From Nitrospirota bacterium (GTDB taxonomy: Bacteria; Nitrospirota; UBA9217), in contig CAWIYV010000011.1 in NCBI GenBank assembly GCA_963840455.1, forward strand, positions 640,001-704,000: a DNA stretch of 64,000 bases, written 5' to 3'. Both the position numbers and the translations under genes were made by a program. Under the pieces are notes generated by a model. That model made no database searches. It was not told the origin of the DNA and saw only the letters and a program-made list of their open reading frames with translations. Positions 1 through 9,952 of this stretch are shown here, one piece after another (position 1 is the first letter of the stretch; each line of letters opens with the position of its first letter).

Positions 1-3000
1 CTCGATCACTATCGTGTCAGAAGTCCCGCCCGCGGCCGTGATATTGAGATTACGAATGTCCACAAGCCCTGTGCCCTTACTGCCGCCCGTTGGGCTGGTG
101 TTAGAGGCAGAGGCGCCCGCGGGCACGGTAACGAGGCTGAGAGTGCCCGGGACGAACATCGGGGATGCATTGAGCCTGTCCAGTTCGTCGGTAATGGAGA
201 AATTGTTAACTGTTGCTGTGCTGATGTTCCTGACCAGGATGCGGTACCGAATCATATCGCCAGGTGTTACGACTGCGCCCGGTTGCTTGCCCGGCGTCAC
301 GTTCGTAAAGGTCTTTTGGAACACCAAAACCGGCTGCACGCCAAGCGTGGTCGCGGTCACGGGTCCAACGCAGTAGACATTGGGCGCCGTGACATTCGGG
401 CAGCCCGCGCCGGTTCTTTCATACGGACTCTGTCCATCGAGCGAGGTCCAGTCGGCGATCACACCGTTTAATATCGTGCTGTTGGCAATGACGACAGTGG
501 CACGGTAGGTGAGTATCAAGGTCTGGCCAACAGGGATATCAAGGCTCCCGTCGCCATTCCCCTGCCCCCAGATGAGCGGGCCGTTTGGCTGGCCAGTGGG
601 TGTCGCTGCGAATCCGGGGACAGGAACACCATTGATCGTAGCTGTAGATACAAAGCCCGAATACCACGAAAGTCCGGCCGGAAGAGTGTCTTTCACGTCG
701 ACGTCGAAGGCCGTCGAGTTCCCGGTGTTCGTTGCGATAACGTCATATTCGAGGATGTCGCCGCTCACGGCCGCATCACCCGGCTGTTTGCCTGGTGTAA
801 CGTTGGCCGCGGTCTTATTGAGCGTCAGTTTCGGTTCTACAATGGTAACGAAAGAGGTGGATGCGGTCACCGACTGTACCGCGCCAGTAGCACCATTCGT
901 ATAATTGACGATAGCGGAGTTCTGAAGCGTTCCGCCTGCCCTGGTCAATAGGTCGTTATTTGCGCGTCCGGAGTACTTGATGCGAATGGTCGGGTTGACC
1001 GCGTTTACGGCACTGTCGTCCTCACTGGCGGTGATCACCGTACCGATGTTCCATATGGCGTTGCCGGTCGTGTTGTCAGCCGGAAACGAGGTGAATGCCG
1101 CTTCGCCGGGTGAACTGCCATTAATGCTCGTAATGCCGATGAACTCATAAGTAATGTCGTAGCTGGCATTGTTCGAAAGAGCATAACTTAATCCCGTCGC
1201 TGCCAGGTTGTCGGTGACCGAGATATTCCTCGTAGTGCCCTCCGGAAGCTGTATCTCGATCTGGAACTGTTTCTGTGCGCCGATGGCGGGAATGACTGCT
1301 GGAGACAGGTCGGTCTTCGTTACCTGTACGGCCGGGACCAGGAATGAGGTGCTGGCAGTCGTTTCATAATCGTTTATGGCGTTCCCGGCGTTGGGCAAGG
1401 CGCCATTACGCATACCCATGTCGCTGCCGTCCGCTCCTATGCTTCCGGTGCTGTTAAGGGCCGTAGTTTGGCCAGGAAGCGATTGCCAGCTGGCCTGAAT
1501 GGTATTGGTCAGGATCTCCTGCGGTTGTGCAGTGCCCGCGACCTTGACCTTGAAGGTGAATGTCCGGGTGGCTCCCGGAGCTATGGAATACTTCGGGTTG
1601 GATGCGTTCCAGCTGAATATCGGGCGATTGGCACCAAGCGATGCCGTATCAACGATGTCGGGCATATCCACGCCGCCCGCAGACCCGGGAACATAGGTCA
1701 AGTCCCTGACAGCAGCGAGGTCATCCAAGACCCGCAGGTTGTACGAAGTCGCCGTGCCGGAGTTGGTGGCCGTCACGGTCACGGTAACGGTGTCGTCGGC
1801 ATCGCCGCTTGCGACCGAGAATGCCTTTGTAATGGTGATCCTCGGTTCCTGCACGACAACGGCGGCCTCTCCGTAGGTAAGGTTGACATGCTGCCCTGTC
1901 TGGTCAATATAGTTCGCGGTCACGTTGGTCGAGTTGCCGCCATTTCTGATCGCGCCGCCATTATTGGTATTTGCCGTATTCTCTACCCGAGCGATGAAGC
2001 TGACCTTGAGGTCGTAACGATTGTTAGTCGTCCCTTTCGTGACCTCCTGGTCGCCGAAGTTCCACATAACCAAGTTGTTGGAACAGGTCGGCGTGATCGT
2101 TCCGCCCGGGACGAAGCCTGCCGCGGAATACGGCGCCGCGCTTAAGTTTACGGCCGGCGCCTCGGCGCACCGTACGCCCACAGGGAGTTCGTCGCGGACC
2201 ACAAAGCTCCGGAGCTGCGAGACGGGAATTGACGTGGTCAGTTCGTATCTGATCTCCTCGCCTACCGACACCGGCTGGGGGCTGGATGCGCTCAAGGGTG
2301 TTTGGGAAAGGTTGACGATCTTCTTCGGCTGTGTCAGTACCGGAATGATCCTGACCGTGGCATGGGCGTCGGCGGTCGCATAGACACGTGCTCCGCCCCT
2401 GTCGCCGTTTGGTTTCTGCGGGACGCTCTGGTGGCCGGAGGGGCCTTCAAGGGTGTCGTATGAAGCGTTCGCGGTGTTGCCGAACTGCTGGAGCGGCGCC
2501 GCGCTGTCGTCAAAGTCAACGCGGTAGTAGAGCCTTACCGAGTTACCGGCGTCGATACGCTGCAGAGCCTTGCTGTGGGTATAGGAGAACTGGACGGTCG
2601 CCGGGACGCCGTTTTTGACCGTGTTGTCGGTCGTGATCGTCCCTTCACCGTCGGGGTCTGCGCCGTCCATCTGCCCGTCACCCTCATTGTCCAGTCCATC
2701 GCTCCCGAACGGAAGAACATAAGCGAGGTCGCTCGCGTCCTGGGTATCGGTTACTATGACATCGTACGCCGGGGAGCGCGGGACGCCGTTGCTGCTTGCT
2801 TCGTTGGTGATCGTAAGCCGGTAGATGTAGGAGCTGTAGGCGTCCCCATCATCGGCAAGCGTCACGAAATGGCTGCAGGCCGGTCCCAAGCCGTAGAGCG
2901 TTTCATTACAGACCTCTTTAACGATCGTTACCCTCGGCTCTCGGACGGTGAGATCAACGCGCCTTCCTGCCTCGCGCGGGTAGCCCACGGTATTCGGTCC

Positions 3001-5856
3001 CAGGTCATACACTTCTTCGAGGTTCGTAATGGAGTTGAAGAATACAGCCTGAAAATATGAAACGAGGATGTTGCGGCTGTTGGCTGCGTGGAGGTTCGGG
3101 GCAGCGCTCACGTTTATGGGATTATTCATGATGCGGTTCGACGTATTGACGCGGAACCACTCATCCTTCACTGTGATGCGCTCTGCGGGAACGGCCTGGT
3201 TGAACGTCCAGTTATAATATCCTTCATCTAAGACTTGAGGAGCGGGCGGAACGAGGCTTACCCCCCTGTTAAGGCTGATGCCTTTGATGGCGGTAGTCGT
3301 ACTGCCGAAGGGGGCGATGTTTGCAAAGGGATCCGTGGACGATATGTATCCCTGTCCCGCCGGAGATTGGTCAATGACCTGGATCCTCTGGACCGCAATG
3401 TAGGTAAAGCCCGGGGTCTTGAAGCCGAACCAGCCGCCTGTATCGATATGGAACGTGCATTCTTCGCCGATCTCTACAAAGCGGTCGGGGAGCGGCGGCA
3501 GCGGCACATTGTTTTCCGTGCAGTTGCCGTACTCGGACTTGACAAGATTGAATCCAATGACACGCGCCCTTATGCCGTCCAATGTGTAGTTGTTCGCGCG
3601 GTCGGTGATGCCGTCCGGACGCGGGGTCGGCGTCGGGAACCACAAAGGCGTGCCGTCCCATAGCCTGATCTCTCCTACCGTGTCCGCGCGGAACGTCAGG
3701 TCGTCTGCCGCATTGGGGTCAACATTTTTGATGACCTGGAAGGCATAGTTGACGGTAGCGCCGGGGGCGATCCTTCCTCCGGTGCAATCGTAGACTATTG
3801 CAGTAACCGGTATGGCCGCAGGCAGTGTCCAGGCAGCGAGCGGCGGCGGGTTTGTGGTCCTGGTGCAGGCAGCAGGCGCTGTCGATACTGCCATCCCCTG
3901 CCCAAAAGTGACGTAGGTATGGTACTGGCTCCTATCGTTATTGTTGCTTGCGTCATGCCCGCCGTTGTTCGTTACAGCGACCGTCAAGGGCAGCGGCTGG
4001 GTCACGTCGTTCGTAAGGATGAAGATAAGTTCCGTGCCGATGATGTCAACGTCGAGGTCCTCCGGGAATGCCGGGGGGCTGTCGTTAAAGGTAATGGCCT
4101 GATGGCCTTGCGTTGCGCAGAATGGGTCAAAATCGACGGTCAGCCTGTTCGCCAGTGTTGTCTGGTTGGCAGGATCTGTTCCCGGCGGGCTGCTGTTCGG
4201 GGCCTCGACCCGGACATCGAGATTGGCGACCTTGTCGTAAGATGACGTCTTTATAAGAACGATGGGAAAGGTCACCGTAAGGACGTCGCCCTCACGGAGC
4301 ATATTGAACTGGTCGGCGTAGATCGGGTGCGTGGTCGAGCTGGTCAGGGTGAATATAGGCTGCGTATTCGCGAGCGGTACGGCGGGATTGGTGGATGTCA
4401 AGGTACCCGCGGCCGGATTGGTCCATGTGATGGTATCTACCATTCCCGGATAGCTGCCGTAGGCGGGGTCGATCGTATTGACGCCAAAGGTGGCTCCCCG
4501 TACTTGGAGGGCTTTGGTAAATCCTCCTGCCCAGTACGTGGGGTCAATGACATACTCGGCTGGAAGAAGGTCGGTAAGCCGGATATTCTTGACCGTGCCG
4601 CCGGACCCATTGGTGATGGTGATGGTCACCATGCCTTTGCTTCCTACCGGTTGTGATGTATTGATGCCGGTGATCGCGCGCCCTATGTTAAGGTTCGCGC
4701 GCTGGCCGTAAAGCGTATACAGGGTTGCAACAGCGTTAGCCGGCGTTCTGCCGGTAGACGTTGCGGTGATGCCTCCGGCGGGCGGTTGCACTCCGCAACC
4801 CCACTGGACGCCGCTCACGGTATTGGTCTTGCTGCTTACGCATGAACCGTCAGCCGTGATCTTTCCTACGAGATAGAAGGAGGCGGTACCACCGGCAGTG
4901 ACATCCACTTCAAAGCCGTCCGGGGAAATTCCCATGTTGCCGAAGGGATTTGTAACAACAAAGGCGGAGATATTGTTCGTTGCGGCGACACAGGGAGAGC
5001 CGCCCGGCCGTACGCCGTTATTGGCGGCGATCGCATTGGCGCTTGCGGCCGTCGGACAAGCATGGTTAATGACAAGATTATTGGCCTGCATGACATCGTT
5101 AAAGCGAAGGTCCTGAAGTCCCGCAAGGCCGGTATTGTTCACGCTAACACGCCAGACAACATCATCATTGTTATTGCCGTATACTGGATTGCTGCGGCTC
5201 CCCTCGCGCTGGTTCGCGTCGTAATTCCAGCCGGTCTTCGTTACGGCCGGGACAGGTTCGTGAAGGGGCAGGGTATCCACTGCGTTCTGCGGAGAGTCGG
5301 AGCAGCCGGAGTTGGTGCCGAAGGTCAGGTTCGCCTGGATGGTACGGTTTGCGCTGACCAGGCCTTCGGGATTGGTGGTGCGTCGAACAGCAAAAATAAT
5401 GGTAATGGTCTCTGCGTTTGATACCGGCCTCTGGTCAGAATCAAGGTTTGCCAGGGCCGGGATCTGTGCAGACGTCCAGGTAAGCACAGAACCGCCGCCG
5501 CTGATCACCGGGGCCGCCCCCGCGACTAACGGCCCGCCGTTAACGCTATATCTGATAGGCGTCGGCGCGGTCGGGTCGTAGGTGAGGCCGGAGCTTCCCA
5601 GATTCTCCGTGACCGTCATGCCCGTCATCGCCGCTCCGGAGTACGGGTTCGCAACGACGACCGAAACATAACTGTAGCCGCAGAGTTCCGCGTAGCTGGA
5701 GTTTCCGGTCAGGTCATGGTCAATGAACTCTGGGGCATTGTTCTTGATGTCGCAGGGAGCCGCAAAGGCTGTGCCTGCAGCTAAAATAAGGATCGCTGCG
5801 TATGCGGCTGCTTTACCAAGGTTCCTCATTAAGCTTGTTGATAATGTATGCTTCAA
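1..5856 (-). CDS. Giant secreted repeat protein (DUF11 / isopeptide-forming Ig-like domains), >1952 aa, runs off the left edge
   Basis: Absent from the ORF track because no stop lies in the window. TTG at 5856 with SD GGAGAGG 8 nt upstream; in-frame ATG at 5829. Signal peptide MRNLGKAAAYAAILILAAGTAFA. Spot-translated segments include GDILEYDVIATNTGNSTAFDVDVKDTLPAG and GEEIRYELTTSIPVSQLRSFVVRDELPVG. The same frame reads ...GGTSDTIVIE at position 1. Not every codon was checked. Confidence 0.85.
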   Translation of the reverse strand, partial: MKHTLSTSLMRNLGKAAAYAAILILAAGTAFAAPCDIKNNAPEFIDHDLTGNSSYAELCGYSYVSVVVANPYSGAAMTGMTVTENLGSSGLTYDPTAPTPIRYSVNGGPLVAGAAPVISGGGSVLTWTSAQIPALANLDSDQRPVSNAETITIIFAVRRTTNPEGLVSANRTIQANLTFGTNSGCSDSPQNAVDTLPLHEPVPAVTKTGWNYDANQREGSRSNPVYGNNNDDVVWRVSVNNTGLAGLQDLRFNDVMQANNLVINHACPTAASANAIAANNGVRPGGSPCVAATNNISAFVVTNPFGNMGISPDGFEVDVTAGGTASFYLVGKITADGSCVSSKTNTVSGVQWGCGVQPPAGGITATSTGRTPANAVATLYTLYGQRANLNIGRAITGINTSQPVGSKGMVTITITNGSGGTVKNIRLTDLLPAEYVIDPTYWAGGFTKALQVRGATFGVNTIDPAYGSYPGMVDTITWTNPAAGTLTSTNPAVPLANTQPIFTLTSSTTHPIYADQFNMLREGDVLTVTFPIVLIKTSSYDKVANLDVRVEAPNSSPPGTDPANQTTLANRLTVDFDPFCATQGHQAITFNDSPPAFPEDLDVDIIGTELIFILTNDVTQPLPLTVAVTNNGGHDASNNNDRSQYHTYVTFGQGMAVSTAPAACTRTTNPPPLAAWTLPAAIPVTAIVYDCTGGRIAPGATVNYAFQVIKNVDPNAADDLTFRADTVGEIRLWDGTPLWFPTPTPRPDGITDRANNYTLDGIRARVIGFNLVKSEYGNCTENNVPLPPLPDRFVEIGEECTFHIDTGGWFGFKTPGFTYIAVQRIQVIDQSPAGQGYISSTDPFANIAPFGSTTTAIKGISLNRGVSLVPPAPQVLDEGYYNWTFNQAVPAERITVKDEWFRVNTSNRIMNNPINVSAAPNLHAANSRNILVSYFQAVFFNSITNLEEVYDLGPNTVGYPREAGRRVDLTVREPRVTIVKEVCNETLYGLGPACSHFVTLADDGDAYSSYIYRLTITNEASSNGVPRSPAYDVIVTDTQDASDLAYVLPFGSDGLDNEGDGQMDGADPDGEGTITTDNTVKNGVPATVQFSYTHSKALQRIDAGNSVRLYYRVDFDDSAAPLQQFGNTANASYDTLEGPSGHQSVPQKPNGDRGGARVYATADAHATVRIIPVLTQPKKIVNLSQTPLSASSPQPVSVGEEIRYELTTSIPVSQLRSFVVRDELPVGVRCAEAPAVNLSAAPYSAAGFVPGGTITPTCSNNLVMWNFGDQEVTKGTTNNRYDLKVSFIARVENTANTNNGGAIRNGGNSTNVTANYIDQTGQHVNLTYGEAAVVVQEPRITITKAFSVASGDADDTVTVTVTATNSGTATSYNLRVLDDLAAVRDLTYVPGSAGGVDMPDIVDTASLGANRPIFSWNASNPKYSIAPGATRTFTFKVKVAGTAQPQEILTNTIQASWQSLPGQTTALNSTGSIGADGSDMGMRNGALPNAGNAINDYETTASTSFLVPAVQVTKTDLSPAVIPAIGAQKQFQIEIQLPEGTTRNISVTDNLAATGLSYALSNNASYDITYEFIGITSINGSSPGEAAFTSFPADNTTGNAIWNIGTVITASEDDSAVNAVNPTIRIKYSGRANNDLLTRAGGTLQNSAIVNYTNGATGAVQSVTASTSFVTIVEPKLTLNKTAANVTPGKQPGDAAVSGDILEYDVIATNTGNSTAFDVDVKDTLPAGLSWYSGFVSTATINGVPVPGFAATPTGQPNGPLIWGQGNGDGSLDIPVGQTLILTYRATVVIANSTILNGVIADWTSLDGQSPYERTGAGCPNVTAPNVYCVGPVTATTLGVQPVLVFQKTFTNVTPGKQPGAVVTPGDMIRYRILVRNISTATVNNFSITDELDRLNASPMFVPGTLSLVTVPAGASASNTSPTGGSKGTGLVDIRNLNITAAGGTSDTIVIE

Positions 5857-5933
5857 CGAATCGACCTCTCCATTGCGAAAAGGTAAATAAATCTTCTAAG
5901 GCCATAACGTAACAGAACAAGGCGCCTAAAATC

Positions 5934-5967
5934 TCGGCTTTTCATGACGTGCAATCGGCTTTTCATG
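5934..5967 (-). promoter_or_regulatory. Tandem AraC-type operator upstream of the giant surface-protein gene
   Basis: TCGGCTTTTCATG at 5934-5946 and 5955-5967, a perfect direct repeat with a 21-bp period, abutting the -35 position of a candidate -10 TACGTT (5911-5906). Confidence 0.6.
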
Positions 5968-6002
5968 CTTTTTTTGCTCATAAATCACCTTCGGGCCAGA
6001 CT

Positions 6003-6542
6003 TCATGACCCTTTTCTGTAAGCCGACGGCGTATGACCGGTCACCTTTTTGAAGATCCTGCCGAACCCGGTATTGTCGGCAAAACCCACATATGCGGCGA
6101 TCTCGGCTATGCTCTGGGGACTGGTGCGCAGAAGTTCCTTGGCCTTTGTGATCCTCATGCTGTTTACATACTCCTGATAGGACATGCCCACCACTTTCCG
6201 GAATGTTCTCGAAAAATGGGACGGGGACATGCCGGCGAGACCGCAAGCGGCGTCTCTGCTGATATCTGTCCTGTAGTTGTCGTTGACGAATAGAACGGCC
6301 TTCTGTATCTTGTGATACTGGAGATTGATGACGGCGGCTGACGGTGCTTTTGGCTCGTCCTCTGTCGGGGTTCCGAGAAGGCTGTCCTTTAGGAAGGGTT
6401 TCCTCAGAAATCCGCTGTCGCTGCTGCTTACCACCCTGGGACCCATTTCCTCGACTCCTTCTGGCGTGCCGCTATGGTCGAGGACGGGTGGCGTGATCCC
6501 TTTGTGTTCTTCCATGACTTCGTCCTTGTTCCCTTTGAACAA
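6003..6542 (-). CDS. AraC-family regulator (HTH domain only)
   Basis: AGMSPSHFSRTFRK...SIAEIAAYVGFADNTGFGRIFKKVTGHTPSAYR; no receiver domain. Confidence 0.85.
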   Translation of the reverse strand: MFKGNKDEVMEEHKGITPPVLDHSGTPEGVEEMGPRVVSSSDSGFLRKPFLKDSLLGTPTEDEPKAPSAAVINLQYHKIQKAVLFVNDNYRTDISRDAACGLAGMSPSHFSRTFRKVVGMSYQEYVNSMRITKAKELLRTSPQSIAEIAAYVGFADNTGFGRIFKKVTGHTPSAYRKGS

Positions 6543-6599
6543 TTAAATGCGGAAATGTCTGTAACGGATGAACGATACCGGAGTTCAGGAGCTCCTGTC

Positions 6600-6633
6600 T
6601 CGGCTTTTTATGACGTGCGCAAGGACTTTTATG
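6600..6633 (-). promoter_or_regulatory. Second copy of the 21-bp-period operator, upstream of the AraC-only gene
   Basis: TCGGCTTTTTATG (6600-6612) and AAGGACTTTTATG (6621-6633); flanks resemble 5934-5975. Confidence 0.5.
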
Positions 6634-6659
6634 CTTTTTTGAGCAAAAAGTGCTTTTTG

Positions 6660-7314
6660 ATGCGGGATCTCAGGCAGGCTTCTGTAGAAAGATGGCGTAT
6701 AGCCGGTGAGCTTTATGAAAATTCTGGCGAGGCCGGTTGGATCGGCAAAAACGAGGAAGACGGCGATTTCAGTCACGCTCCGCGTGCTAGTGCGGAGAAG
6801 GTTCTTGGCCTTCGTGATTCTGCGGCCATTAAGATAGTCCTGTTAGGGCAAGCCCATCACCTTCTTGAATATTCTCGAGAAGTGGATGGGGACATGCTGG
6901 CCTCCCGGCAACGGCGTTGAGGCAGATATCGGTTCGGTAGTTGTCGTTGATGCAACGAACGGCCTGCTGGATCTTATACTACTGGCTGGGGGTGACGGTG
7001 GAAGGCGGCGTCCCCGGCAGCGCCGGTGTATTGGGCCCGGGTAGGATGTTCTTTCTGTTGGGCTTCTTCAGGTAATTGCAGGCGCCGCTCCTGCATGCCT
7101 CGACCTCCACCTCTTCGTCGCCGTATGCCGTAACGATGAGAACGAGAATGGATGGTGCAACGTCCTTGATTTCTTTCATGACATCGCTGCCTGACATTGC
7201 GGGCAACCGGTATTTTACGACGACAAGATCAGTGTCGGGGCGCCGCTTTACCCGTTCTACCGCAACCAGGCCGCTCCGGGCCATGACAATTCGATAGGCG
7301 TAGGAATAACCCAT
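6660..7314 (-). pseudogene. Decayed duplicate of the REC-AraC response regulator
   Basis: Colinear with 7445-8305 at DNA level, but with a deletion after YLKKP, an in-frame TAG at about 6979 and a frameshift near 6885; split across ORFs 6979-7380 and 6585-6776. Confidence 0.85.
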
Positions 7315-7444
7315 CTTCTTCACCTCGTTCCTCGGCAGGGTCCTGCTGCATGCACTGCTGTGACCAGGAAGATCCCGCATCGGGAAAACACGAGCAGAGA
7401 CAAACCTCTTCTGTCTCGGCTTTTTATGCTTGTGGGGAAAGAAA

Positions 7445-8305
7445 TTACTTCTGGGGCAGGCTTCTGTAAGTGGAAGGCGTATGGCCGGTCAGCTTCTTGA
7501 AAATTCTGCCGAAGCCGGTCGGATCGGCAAAACCGAGGGAGACGGCGATATCAGTCACGCTCTGGGCGCTGGTGCGGAGAAGGTTCTTGGCCTTCGTGAT
7601 TCTGCGGCCGTTAAGATAGTCCTGATAGGGCAAGCCCATCACCTTCTTGAATATTCTCGAGAAGTGTGCCGGTGACATGCCGGCCTCCCCGGCAACGTCG
7701 TCGAGGCAGATATCGGTCCGGTAGTTGTCGTTGATAAAACGAACGGCCTGCTGGATCTTATGGTACTGGCTGGGGGTGACTGCGGCAGGCGGCGTACCCG
7801 GCGCGGCCGGCGTATTGGGCCCGGGAAGGATGTTCTTTCTGCGCTGTTGATCCGCGTGCCGGAGGGCGAGATAGAAGTCGATCTTCGTGGACAGCTCGGA
7901 TATGCTGAAGGGCTTCTTCAGGTAATCGCGGGCGCCGCTCCTGAATGCCTCGACCGCCACATCCTCGTCGCCGTATGCCGTGACGATGATAACGAGTACG
8001 GAGGGCGCAACGTCCTTGATCTCTTTCATGACATCGATGCCAGACATGTCGGGCAGCCGGTATTCGATGACCGCGAGATCGATGTCGCTGCGCCGCTCCA
8101 CCCGCTCGATCGCAATCCGGCCGGACTGGGCCGAAATGATTCCGTAGGCGTCGGAAAGGTTCTCGATGTACCCAGTATCGCTGTCAACGATCAATATCTG
8201 GGAAGGCGCGGTGTTTCCCACGGTGGGCGGACACGCGTTGTTTGCACCTTTCCGGCGACGTTTCGTGCCGTGGTTTCTCGATTGCTTGTCAATCATTGTG
8301 GTCAT
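7445..8305 (-). CDS. Response regulator, receiver + AraC HTH
   Basis: ILIVDSD...DLAVIEYRLPDMSG...TAYG...DYLKKP receiver fold followed by AraC HTH. The phospho-acceptor position appears to be E rather than D. Confidence 0.9.
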   Translation of the reverse strand: MTTMIDKQSRNHGTKRRRKGANNACPPTVGNTAPSQILIVDSDTGYIENLSDAYGIISAQSGRIAIERVERRSDIDLAVIEYRLPDMSGIDVMKEIKDVAPSVLVIIVTAYGDEDVAVEAFRSGARDYLKKPFSISELSTKIDFYLALRHADQQRRKNILPGPNTPAAPGTPPAAVTPSQYHKIQQAVRFINDNYRTDICLDDVAGEAGMSPAHFSRIFKKVMGLPYQDYLNGRRITKAKNLLRTSAQSVTDIAVSLGFADPTGFGRIFKKLTGHTPSTYRSLPQK

Positions 8306-8537
8306 TCATTTCACCCGTCTGTCCAGACTTCGGTACGGAATGGCCTCGGAGATATATTTGGAGGAACCCGTTCAACCAGGTGACTCTTGAGGAGTTCCCT
8401 TTGCATTTTTGACCTTTACATCTGTCAACATAGGAGTTTAACTCCTTTGGAGGATAACGCTCTTTACCATGGGGTAGATTCACCGCAATGTTACCACAAA
8501 TGTCAATGGACGGTTTATGAATCATATTATACAATAT

Positions 8538-8577
8538 AAAAGTAAAAAGCCCATTTTTCAATGGGCTTTTTACTTTC
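8538..8577. terminator. Bidirectional intrinsic terminator, probably the original ssrA terminator
   Basis: AAAAGTAAAAAGCCCATT-TTTC-AATGGGCTTTTTACTTT, about 25 nt beyond the outermost tmRNA 3'-end copy. Confidence 0.8.
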
Positions 8578-8600
8578 CTAGATATGGTGGGACTTTAAAA

Positions 8601-8620
8601 TGGTGGAGGCGGCGGGAATT
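8601..8620 (-). repeat. tmRNA 3'-end copy (outermost att site)
   Basis: TGGTGGAGGCGGCGGGAATT, 20/20 match to 63275-63294, followed by TAATAGTTTGTCCAA. Confidence 0.95.
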
Positions 8621-8826
8621 TAATAGTTTGTCCAATCCCATGATATTCCGTAATTCTCTTGCTTTCCTGTGCTATTTTTTATCAGCCTGATTCTTGTGTT
8701 CACTTCTCAAACCAGCTTCCGAAGCAGCCATTCAAGCCCTATTTGGGAATAGTTTCGAACAAGGCTCGCTCCGGACATTCATATACGGCCTCCCATGCGA
8801 TAATTTCAAGAGAGGAGGTCAAGGAG

Positions 8827-9432
8827 CTAGTTCATCTTTACGCCATTCAGATAGATTTCATACTTCCTTACGCCCTTAAGAAACGTCGGGATGTGGTATG
8901 GTGTGTGCTTGTGCCAGTAAAGCGGCTTGAATTCCAATACCGCTTCTTCCCCGCTGCGAAGTGTGATGTCAGCGTCCACAATATAGTCGTCCTCCGGCAG
9001 TACAAAATATACCTTATGCGCTCCCTCACGTAGCCGGATCTTTCTTTCCAAAATATAACTTACTCCCGTCCCTGCCTCTGGGTCTCTGCTCGTATTTCCT
9101 TGCTCGTCATATGCAGGATCGACATCCTTCTGTCCGTCCACCTTCCAGACCACAGCCTGACCGTCGATGTTCAAGACAAATGGATAGCCCGGCTTTCCAT
9201 GCAGGCTTTTTCCCGACTCGTCGCTATGATAGCCTTCCACGTGGGTCTTAATGTTCGCTTTGACGACGAGGTCAATATAGCCTTGAGGTTTCGCGCCGGT
9301 ATCATTCATTTCGGTGAAAACGTCCGCCCTCTCGCTTTGTGACTTGGCGGCGATCATTTTTGCCGTCGCACCACAGCCTGCGAGGATCATAAGCAACAGG
9401 ACAACCGAAACATATGCATTTATTCTCTTCAT
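8827..9432 (-). CDS. Hypothetical lipoprotein
   Basis: MKRINAYVSVVLLLMILAG-C lipobox; last gene of the efflux operon. Confidence 0.75.
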   Translation of the reverse strand: MKRINAYVSVVLLLMILAGCGATAKMIAAKSQSERADVFTEMNDTGAKPQGYIDLVVKANIKTHVEGYHSDESGKSLHGKPGYPFVLNIDGQAVVWKVDGQKDVDPAYDEQGNTSRDPEAGTGVSYILERKIRLREGAHKVYFVLPEDDYIVDADITLRSGEEAVLEFKPLYWHKHTPYHIPTFLKGVRKYEIYLNGVKMN

Positions 9433-9517
9433 TTTCTTCTCCTTATTATATTGCGCTCTCGCCGTGTTCTCTGGTCTTGGTCCTGACCGCAATGACGCAT
9501 CAACTGACTGCCGCACG

Positions 9518-9860
9518 TCATATCGCATCTCTTCCTCTTTCATTTGTTCTTATCTTCACTATTTCATCCACATTGATCACAAATATTTTTCCATCGCCCG
9601 TATTTCCCGTATGGGCAACTTTCTGAATCACGTTGACGACATCAGCAACCATCTCATCACGTACAACAACTTCTAGTTTTATTCGCGGAACAAATTCCAC
9701 CATCTCATATACGATCTTTGTCTTTCGCATTCTTGGCCCTGCTTTTACCGAACCCTTTGATTTCCGATATCGTTACGCCCGGCAACCCTTCAATTTTGTG
9801 CAGCTCTTCCGTTACCTCCAGCAATTTGAACGGTCTTATTATTGCTTTTATCTCTTTCAT
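9518..9860 (-). pseudogene. P-II-like protein with a +1 frameshift
   Basis: MKEIKAIIRPFKLLEV...GVTISEIKGFG from ATG 9860; the other frame gives PRIKLEVVV...HTGNTGDGKIFV...IRTNERG. Length 343 nt = 3n+1, with an extra A near 9718. Confidence 0.8.
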
Positions 9861-9952
9861 GGTTTTTTCCTGTCCTTTCATTGATTCATGGAGAAGAAGT
9901 CATTGAAGCTCCCTGCAGCAAGCTACGGGGAATGCGCTCGCTCCTGGATTCA

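Noticed and set aside
14-5581. Numerous plus-strand ORFs
   Set aside because: Shadows of the giant minus-strand gene.
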